From Bacteroidota bacterium (GTDB taxonomy: Bacteria; Bacteroidota; Bacteroidia; Chitinophagales; Chitinophagaceae), in NCBI GenBank assembly GCA_947487525.1, contig CANKWR010000005.1, positions 3,958-67,957 on the forward strand: a stretch of DNA of 64,000 nt, read 5' to 3'. The notes beneath the pieces were generated by a model, which made no database searches, had not been told where the DNA came from, and worked only from the letters and a program-made list of their open reading frames with translations. Positions within the stretch are counted from its first letter, which is position 1, and each line of letters starts with the position of its first letter. A program made the position numbers and the translations under genes. Of the stretch, positions 57,505-64,000 are shown one piece after another.

Positions 57505-57512
57505 CAAAATTA
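57505..57512 (-). promoter_or_regulatory. -7 promoter box (near-leaderless mRNA)
   Basis: Reverse complement TAATTTTG, 4 nt from the ATG. Confidence 0.6.
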
Positions 57513-57516
57513 CAAT

Positions 57517-57548
57517 AAAAAAACCCGAACATACCAAAGCAGTTCGGG
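57517..57548 (-). terminator. Terminator after the bTHX gene
   Basis: A7-CCCGAAC...GTTCGGG. Confidence 0.7.
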
Positions 57549-57574
57549 GAATCTTATTTTAAACGCAAATTGGA

Positions 57575-57688
57575 TTATGCGCTCGCTTTAGTCGCTTTTT
57601 TAGCTTTGGTAGTCTTGTGTGGTCTGCTCTTTCCGAAAGAACCTAAGAATCTTTTTCCTTTAGCTGTTTTTTTATCTCCTCTACCCAT
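57575..57688 (-). CDS. 30S ribosomal protein THX (bTHX/bS31; not in ORF track)
   Basis: Manual translation MGRGDKKTAKGKRFLGSFGKSRPHKTTKAKKATKASA; own TATTTTTG box at 57717-57724. Confidence 0.9.
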   Translation of the reverse strand: MGRGDKKTAKGKRFLGSFGKSRPHKTTKAKKATKASA

Positions 57689-57723
57689 AATAGTGTGTTT
57701 TTTAGTGATTGGATGGCAAAAAT

Positions 57724-57756
57724 AAAAAAACCCCCTGATAAAAGGGGGTTTTTATT
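57724..57756 (-). terminator. Terminator after hup
   Basis: AAAAAAACCCCCT-gataaa-AGGGGGTTTTT. Confidence 0.8.
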
Positions 57757-57771
57757 GAAATAAATTTCAAA

Positions 57772-58041
57772 TTACAATTTGCCGCTTAATTCCTTACCAG
57801 CCTTGAATTTTGCAACTTTTTTAGCTTTGATCTTGATTGTAGCACCAGTTTGTGGGTTACGACCAGTTCTAGCAGCACGCTTAGATACTGAGAAAGTACC
57901 AAAACCTACTAAAGTTACTTTATCCCCTTTTTTCAAAGATTTAGTTACGGCTTCAATAAAAGCATCTAAAGCTGCGTTAGCTGATGTTTTTGTTAAATCT
58001 GCGCTGTCCGCGATGTGTGCGATTAATTCTGCTTTGTTCAT
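57772..58041 (-). CDS. hup: DNA-binding protein HU
   Basis: [31 protein letters not shown]; TAAATTTG box at 58074-58081. Confidence 0.97.
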   Translation of the reverse strand: MNKAELIAHIADSADLTKTSANAALDAFIEAVTKSLKKGDKVTLVGFGTFSVSKRAARTGRNPQTGATIKIKAKKVAKFKAGKELSGKL

Positions 58042-58301
58042 AGATATGTTTTTTATAGTTTTAAACGATAGAACAAATTTATTGGGTTTTATGAAACGAA
58101 AAAATATTTTGCCATTTATTTTTCATTTTATTTTTCCACCAAAACCCTTAAATAGCAAGGTTTTCAAGTGCGAATAGGCCTAAATGTTTAAAATCATTTT
58201 TTTATTAAAAATGCTGAAACCCTTTGTGGCATTGATTATCAGATAATAAAAGGCTAGAATATAGGCCTGTAGGGCGTTTTAGGCCAATAAACTATCCACA
58301 A

Positions 58302-58604
58302 TCAATTCACAATTTGCATGGTAGTAATAAAGTGAAAACATTGATCTCCCCAGGTTTTAAGCAATTCGTCCATAAGGGCAGGAGCGAGCGTATCACGGTA
58401 TTGGACAAGCTTTTCGGGGTTAGTTGTAAATAGTTGAAGGGTGTAAGTGGGTGCTTGATCAGATGTAACATCTAGCGCATAAAATTGATGATCCTTAAAA
58501 CAATCGGTTGCGATAATCATTGGGATAAATTTATTTTTCATCCATTCAAGCCATTGTGCTTGCAATGTTGGCGCAATTTGGAAACTTATATTAAATACGT
58601 GCAT
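58302..58604 (-). CDS. DUF4286-like protein
   Basis: FNISF, WLEWMK..IP, TYTLQ, F.TTMQIV. Confidence 0.7.
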   Translation of the reverse strand: MHVFNISFQIAPTLQAQWLEWMKNKFIPMIIATDCFKDHQFYALDVTSDQAPTYTLQLFTTNPEKLVQYRDTLAPALMDELLKTWGDQCFHFITTMQIVN

Positions 58605-58619
58605 ATCGGACTTTTGAAC

Positions 58620-59390
58620 TTATTTTTTTAATTCTAGTACAATGGGGCAATGATCACTTTGTTTAACCATCGGTAAAATGGTTGCTTCTTTTATTTTACT
58701 TTCCAATGCTTTGGTCGTACATAAATAGTCAATTCTCCAACCTTTATTGTTGAGTCTTACCGAAGGGAAGCGTTGACTCCACCAAGAGTATGCACCAATT
58801 TCAGTTGGGTTTTTATGTCTAAAACTATCCACCCAATCCTGCGTCAAAAATTGATCCATCCATACGCGTTCCGCTGGCAGAAAACCGGAAGATTTTTTAT
58901 TGCCTTTTGGATCGTGAATATCAATTTCGTTATGTGCAATATTGTAATCACCCGCTAAAATGATATTAGGTCTTTCTTTTTTTAGTATTTGAATCCAGGT
59001 GTTAAATTCTTCCAGCCATTGGTATTTATAATTTTGACGCTCTTCGCCACTAGTTCCTGAGGGGAAATAGGCGTTGACAATGGTAAGTTCATCAATGTCA
59101 ACTCGAATCACGCGTCCTTCAAAATCACTGAGTTTATGTCCAGTTCCACAAATTACTTGGGTAGGCTTTTTTTTGCTAAAAACGGCAACGCCACTGTATC
59201 CTTTTTTTTGTGCTGGGAACCAAGCAACATGATAACCAAGGTTGGTGAATACAGTAAGGTCAATATCGTTGGGAGTTGCTTTTGTTTCTTGCACACAAAA
59301 TATATCAACAGGATATTCGGTTAACCATTCTATCAAACCTTTTTTAATGGCCGCTCGAATACCGTTTACATTATAACTTACAATTCGCAT
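58620..59390 (-). CDS. xth: Exodeoxyribonuclease III (AP endonuclease)
   Basis: SYNVNGIRA, QETK, GYSGV, GDYNIAH, GWRIDY, SDHCP. Confidence 0.96.
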   Translation of the reverse strand: MRIVSYNVNGIRAAIKKGLIEWLTEYPVDIFCVQETKATPNDIDLTVFTNLGYHVAWFPAQKKGYSGVAVFSKKKPTQVICGTGHKLSDFEGRVIRVDIDELTIVNAYFPSGTSGEERQNYKYQWLEEFNTWIQILKKERPNIILAGDYNIAHNEIDIHDPKGNKKSSGFLPAERVWMDQFLTQDWVDSFRHKNPTEIGAYSWWSQRFPSVRLNNKGWRIDYLCTTKALESKIKEATILPMVKQSDHCPIVLELKK

Positions 59391-59399
59391 GTAATTTTA

Positions 59400-60800
59400 T
59401 TAGTTGGGATTTTTAAAAATTTCACTTTGAGCAATGAGTAGCAATAAATTTTTTAACTCATTGTCGTCATTTATATTGGAAGAAAAAGTGACCATTTTTT
59501 GTGGCTTCAAATTTCCTTCAATCACCATCCATATTTTATTGTCAACAAATATGCTTTTTTGACTGATACTGTAGTCATATTGTATCATGAAACTACGATT
59601 CTTAATAGACCCTTCAATAACCCTATTGTGCACTATACTTACCGGTGGGGCGTTGATCCCCATCACAAACTGTGTATTGGAATCATATCCGTTGTATGCA
59701 ATATTTGGATAGTAGTATTTGTCTTTTTCTACGACGGATTCACTTACTTTAAATTCACCTATACTGTCCTTGTTTTGGTATATATAATGGGGTAGCGCCG
59801 GTAGAAAGGTGATTCCCATTTTACCTGTTTCACTATTTTCGGGTAGGTAAGGGTTGAATTCAAGCACTGAAACAAGGGTGTAATCCTTATTTTCTTTAAC
59901 ATCCCTTAAAGGTTGTATCGCTTGATAATATTCGTTTCTTGAATAATTTTTTCTATTTAATTTAATATGATTGACAATCGAGGCAAATTGAGGATTTGCC
60001 TTGTTAGGTTTTGTTTCAATTTTATTCAGAATCGCATTTGGAACTCTTAAAATTTGATCCCCATAGTCATCTGTAAAACTGATGAATTTTTTAGTGGTGT
60101 CAAACTGAATTCTAGGTTTAGTTTGTAAAATTGGCATCCAATAATTATCTGTAGCATATGCTGCTGGGACCTTCGCTTCTACAAAACTAATGTCCTCTGC
60201 ATTAGGATCAAGTATGCTAATGCCCTTTGATAAAGCCTGGTATAACAAAGTAGGTGTTGTGGCTGCATCCATGCTTGGTGTCCCAAATCCCATTTGGTTT
60301 ATTGGGATTAATCCTAGGGCTATGGTTTTTTGAAATATTTTTTTTTGTTGCGCATCAAATATGCTACAACCGATAAACCAGATGGATTGTATGCTGTCTT
60401 TTTTTCCATCAGAAACAGTAATCAATCTATTAATATACACTACTTCTGGATCCATTTCATATATTTCAAGATAAGCGTGGAATGGAATATTTTTAGAAGT
60501 TGTCCAGTCAATATTTATTTTACCAACTTGATTTTGTTTCGTTAACTCTCTTTTTTTTGTTGGGTAGCTATTGTCTCGTTCAAGGGACAGTATTGAAAAA
60601 AGACCAGAGTCAAGTGCATTCATCAATGGACTAATATTGGCAGGCAGTCGCCAATAGTTGGCATTACTATGATAGGAAGAAAAAATTTGTATTTGTTCTA
60701 AAGCGATTTTTGTTTGAAATGCGACTTTTGTTTGACCAAAAATGGTTGAACAAGTAGCAAATGCGATTAAAAAAAATAAGGGCTTAATTGTTGTTTTCAT
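59400..60800 (-). CDS. Hypothetical secreted protein
   Basis: Long ORF with signal-peptide-like N-terminus; no motif recognised. Confidence 0.65.
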   Translation of the reverse strand: MKTTIKPLFFLIAFATCSTIFGQTKVAFQTKIALEQIQIFSSYHSNANYWRLPANISPLMNALDSGLFSILSLERDNSYPTKKRELTKQNQVGKINIDWTTSKNIPFHAYLEIYEMDPEVVYINRLITVSDGKKDSIQSIWFIGCSIFDAQQKKIFQKTIALGLIPINQMGFGTPSMDAATTPTLLYQALSKGISILDPNAEDISFVEAKVPAAYATDNYWMPILQTKPRIQFDTTKKFISFTDDYGDQILRVPNAILNKIETKPNKANPQFASIVNHIKLNRKNYSRNEYYQAIQPLRDVKENKDYTLVSVLEFNPYLPENSETGKMGITFLPALPHYIYQNKDSIGEFKVSESVVEKDKYYYPNIAYNGYDSNTQFVMGINAPPVSIVHNRVIEGSIKNRSFMIQYDYSISQKSIFVDNKIWMVIEGNLKPQKMVTFSSNINDDNELKNLLLLIAQSEIFKNPN

Positions 60801-60901
60801 CTTCAAATTAATACGACTCAAATTTAACTATTTTAGTGTACACTATTTGATAATTTATTTTACCTTCAGCTGGAGGTATTTTAACATTACTGTAGCTATT
60901 T

Positions 60902-61654
60902 ATGCGTTTAAAAAACACAAAAACTAATTCCCAACGGATTATTCCATCCACCGATGAATATTATCATTTAGAAGGCCCTAAACCCAGGATGAATGAACTT
61001 GGGTTTGCCATTAAAATATTTGTTGAATTTATTAAAGGGTTTAGAACATTGCATTTTATAGGTCCATGTATTACCGTATTTGGTTCTGCTCGATTCAAAG
61101 AGGACCATCCATTCTATATTCAATCAAGAGAAATTGGCAATAAAATAGCCGCTTTAGGTTTAACCACCATGACGGGTGGTGGGCCTGGTGTTATGGAGGC
61201 TGCCAACAGGGGTGCTTTCGAAGCTGGGGGCAAGTCGGTTGGTTGTAATATAAAGCTCCCTTTTGAACAAAGTCCAAATCCGTATACGAATGTGTCTATC
61301 ACATTTAATTACTTTTTTATTCGAAAAGTGCTGATGGTAAAATATTCCTACGCTTTTATCATTATGCCAGGGGGCTTTGGCACTTTAGATGAATTTTTTG
61401 AAACACTTACCTTGGCGCAAACAAAAGTGATTAATGATTTTCCGATTGTGGTCATGGGTTCGGCTTATTATAAGCCCTATCAAGATTGGATGGAGCAGAT
61501 GATCGCATCTGGGACAATTGCGCCTGAAGACAAAAATTTTATGTTGTTTACCGATAGCGCCGATGAGGCCATGGAGCATATCACGAAGTATGTAAATAAG
61601 CATTATACCGTTCAGCCACGTAAAAGATTATGGTGGTTATTTGAAAAAGTATAA
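60902..61654 (+). CDS. LOG family (TIGR00730) nucleotide phosphoribohydrolase
   Basis: VFGSAR, TGGGPGVMEAANRGA, FFIRKVLM, PGGFGTLDE. Confidence 0.92.
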   Translation: MRLKNTKTNSQRIIPSTDEYYHLEGPKPRMNELGFAIKIFVEFIKGFRTLHFIGPCITVFGSARFKEDHPFYIQSREIGNKIAALGLTTMTGGGPGVMEAANRGAFEAGGKSVGCNIKLPFEQSPNPYTNVSITFNYFFIRKVLMVKYSYAFIIMPGGFGTLDEFFETLTLAQTKVINDFPIVVMGSAYYKPYQDWMEQMIASGTIAPEDKNFMLFTDSADEAMEHITKYVNKHYTVQPRKRLWWLFEKV

Positions 61655-61662
61655 GCCTACCC

Positions 61663-64000
61663 TTATTCGATCACGGGTTGTAACCATCTAGTAATATATT
61701 CCAAGGATTGTTGCTTACGCTTTGCGTAGTCTTCCACTTGATCCTGTTGTATTTTACCTAATCCAAAATACTGACTTTTCGGATTTGCAAAATACCAACC
61801 ACAAACACTGGATGCGGGATACATTGCCAAGCTTTCCGTTAAAGTAATGCCAGTATGTTTTTCGGCATCTAACAAATTAAATAAAGTGTATTTTTCGGTG
61901 TGGTCTGGACAAGCAGGGTAGCCTGGTGCTGGACGAATACCTACATAGTTTTCTTTGATCAATTCATCATTGCCTAATTGCTCCTCTTTTACATAACCCC
62001 ATAGTTCCTTTCGAGTTTTAGCATGTAAATATTCTGCAAATGCTTCGGCCAATCGATCGGCCAATGCTTGCAAAATAATTTTATTATAGTCGTCGTGATT
62101 TTCCTCAAATGCTTTGATGTGTTTTTCAATACCATGAATTGTCACTGCAAAAGCACCTAGATAATCTTTTTTATTTTCCCTTGAAGGGCAAATAAAATCG
62201 GCTAGTGAAAAATTTGGTTGACCTGCTGCTTTTTTAGCCTGTTGTCTTAAAAAATGAAGTTGTGTTTTTCCTGTACCGTTATGAAGGGTGATGTCGTCGC
62301 CATCGCTAGTTGCTTCCCAAAATCCAACGGCTCCCTTTGCAGTTAACCATTTTTCTTTCACAATGGTTTCTAATAATGCATTGGCGTCTGCATATAATTT
62401 ACTAGCTACTTCTCCAACAGTTGCGTCGGTTAATATGGCGGGGAAATTACCATGCAATTCCCAAGCAATAAAGAAAGGCTTCCAGTCGATATAATCTACC
62501 AGTACCGACAAGTCATTGATTGTAATGGCTTGGTTGCCTGTAAAGCTAGGCGCAGTGGCTTCAAATTTCGCCCAATCAATTTGCATTTTATTTCGCAAAG
62601 CTTCCGCGTAAGGCGTGGATTGCTTCACTGTTTTTTTGTTGTCAAAATCCGATTTAAGCTGCGTATATTCTTTCTCTAAGTTTGCAAGAAACGGTACTTT
62701 TTGTTCTTTATTTAATAATGAGCCTGCAACGGTTACGCTTCTTGATGCATCTAATACGTGGATGACACCATCGCCATATTCGGGTGCAATTTTCACTGCG
62801 GTATGCATACGAGACGTGGTCGCGCCTCCAATCATTAAGGGAATATTCATTCCACGGCGTTTCATTTCCTTGGCAATATGGACCATCTCGTCTAAGGATG
62901 GCGTAATGAGTCCACTCAATCCAATAATATCCACTTCCTGTTTTACCGCTTCGGCTAAAATTTTATCTGCAGGCACCATCACACCAATATCAATAATCTC
63001 ATATCCATTACATCCTAATACCACTCCCACAATATTTTTTCCAATATCATGCACGTCCCCTTTAACGGTGGCTAAAAGAATTTTAGCAGGACCTTTGGTT
63101 TTTGCACCAGGCGTGGCAGATGCATTTTTAAGTCTTTCTTTTTCAGCTTCAATGTAGGGGGTTAGTACTGCTACACTTTTTTTCATTACACGGGCGCTTT
63201 TTACTACCTGAGGTAAAAACATTTTACCTGCACCAAATAAGTCACCCACTTGATTCATTCCGGCCATTAAAGGTCCTTCGATCACTTCTAAAGGAGCGCT
63301 GTATTTTTGCCTTGCTTCCTCAGTATCTTCATCAATAAAATCGGTGATACCATTTATTAAAGAATGCGCTAAACGTTTTTCAACCGTATCGTTTCGCCAT
63401 GCTAATTTTAATTTATTCGCTTCTTCCGATGACTGTCCTGCATTCTCACCGCTTGCTTTTAAATTATCCGCATATTGAATCAATGCTTCGGTCGCTTGGT
63501 TATTGTCGTTGTTTTTATTCAAAATAACATCCTCGCATAAGTTTCTCAATACAGGATCGATTTCATCAAATAATGCCAACTGTCCTGCATTCACGATACC
63601 CATATCCATACCCGCTTTAATTGCATGGTATAAAAACACGGCATGTATCGCTTCCCGCACCGCTTCATTCCCTCTAAAGGAAAACGATACATTGGATACC
63701 CCACCACTCACTTTTGCCAACGGCATTTTTTGTTTAATAATGCGTGTAGCTTCAATAAAATCTACGGCGTAATTATTATGCTCTTCTATACCCGTTGCTA
63801 CTGCAAAAATATTGGGGTCGAAAATAATATCCTGTGGATCAAATCCTACTTGCTCCACTAAAATTTTATAGGCGCGCGCGCAAATCTCTACTTTCCTGTC
63901 TTTGGTATCTGCTTGTCCTACTTCATCAAATGCCATTACAATTATTGCAGCACCATAAGCTTTACAAATATGCGCCTGTTCAATAAATTTGGCTTCTCCT
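61663..64000 (-). CDS. metH: Cobalamin-dependent methionine synthase (5' part outside window)
   Basis: [61 protein letters not shown]. Confidence 0.97.
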   Translation of the reverse strand, partial: GEAKFIEQAHICKAYGAAIIVMAFDEVGQADTKDRKVEICARAYKILVEQVGFDPQDIIFDPNIFAVATGIEEHNNYAVDFIEATRIIKQKMPLAKVSGGVSNVSFSFRGNEAVREAIHAVFLYHAIKAGMDMGIVNAGQLALFDEIDPVLRNLCEDVILNKNNDNNQATEALIQYADNLKASGENAGQSSEEANKLKLAWRNDTVEKRLAHSLINGITDFIDEDTEEARQKYSAPLEVIEGPLMAGMNQVGDLFGAGKMFLPQVVKSARVMKKSVAVLTPYIEAEKERLKNASATPGAKTKGPAKILLATVKGDVHDIGKNIVGVVLGCNGYEIIDIGVMVPADKILAEAVKQEVDIIGLSGLITPSLDEMVHIAKEMKRRGMNIPLMIGGATTSRMHTAVKIAPEYGDGVIHVLDASRSVTVAGSLLNKEQKVPFLANLEKEYTQLKSDFDNKKTVKQSTPYAEALRNKMQIDWAKFEATAPSFTGNQAITINDLSVLVDYIDWKPFFIAWELHGNFPAILTDATVGEVASKLYADANALLETIVKEKWLTAKGAVGFWEATSDGDDITLHNGTGKTQLHFLRQQAKKAAGQPNFSLADFICPSRENKKDYLGAFAVTIHGIEKHIKAFEENHDDYNKIILQALADRLAEAFAEYLHAKTRKELWGYVKEEQLGNDELIKENYVGIRPAPGYPACPDHTEKYTLFNLLDAEKHTGITLTESLAMYPASSVCGWYFANPKSQYFGLGKIQQDQVEDYAKRKQQSLEYITRWLQPVIE

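Overview
AT-rich, gene-dense core-genome window of a Bacteroidota bacterium, probably Chitinophagaceae. The assignment rests on TAnnTTTG -7 promoter boxes, A-rich leaders without Shine-Dalgarno sites, gldC/porG-like genes and protein sequence style. About 72 CDS are present, including two small ribosomal protein genes missed by the ORF track (rpmH 22482-22637; bTHX/bS31 57575-57688). Main blocks: birA-selD; rsfS-ftsH-lutC-lpxH-mscS; the envelope cluster nadK-porG-uppS-bamA-skp-skp-murI; rpmH-rnpA-yidD; a sugar-oxidation locus at 24.7-35.3 kb with the components of 3-ketoglycoside (oxidation-elimination) glycoside cleavage; cdsA-psd; a deoxyhypusine-synthase-like gene followed by an 88-bp tandem hairpin repeat; coaX-OMP-lptC; hup; xth; and the 3' part of metH. 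I saw no rRNA, tRNA, transposase, prophage, CRISPR array or defence system. I cannot demonstrate a wholly new system from sequence alone. The best candidates for follow-up are a MerR-type protein with an N-terminal beta-clamp motif (QLDLF), the compartmentalised 3-ketoglycoside locus, the 88-bp palindromic repeat, a GC-rich REP-like insert at 32.46 kb and a selD with no partner gene in the window. All product calls come from motif recognition, not database searches.
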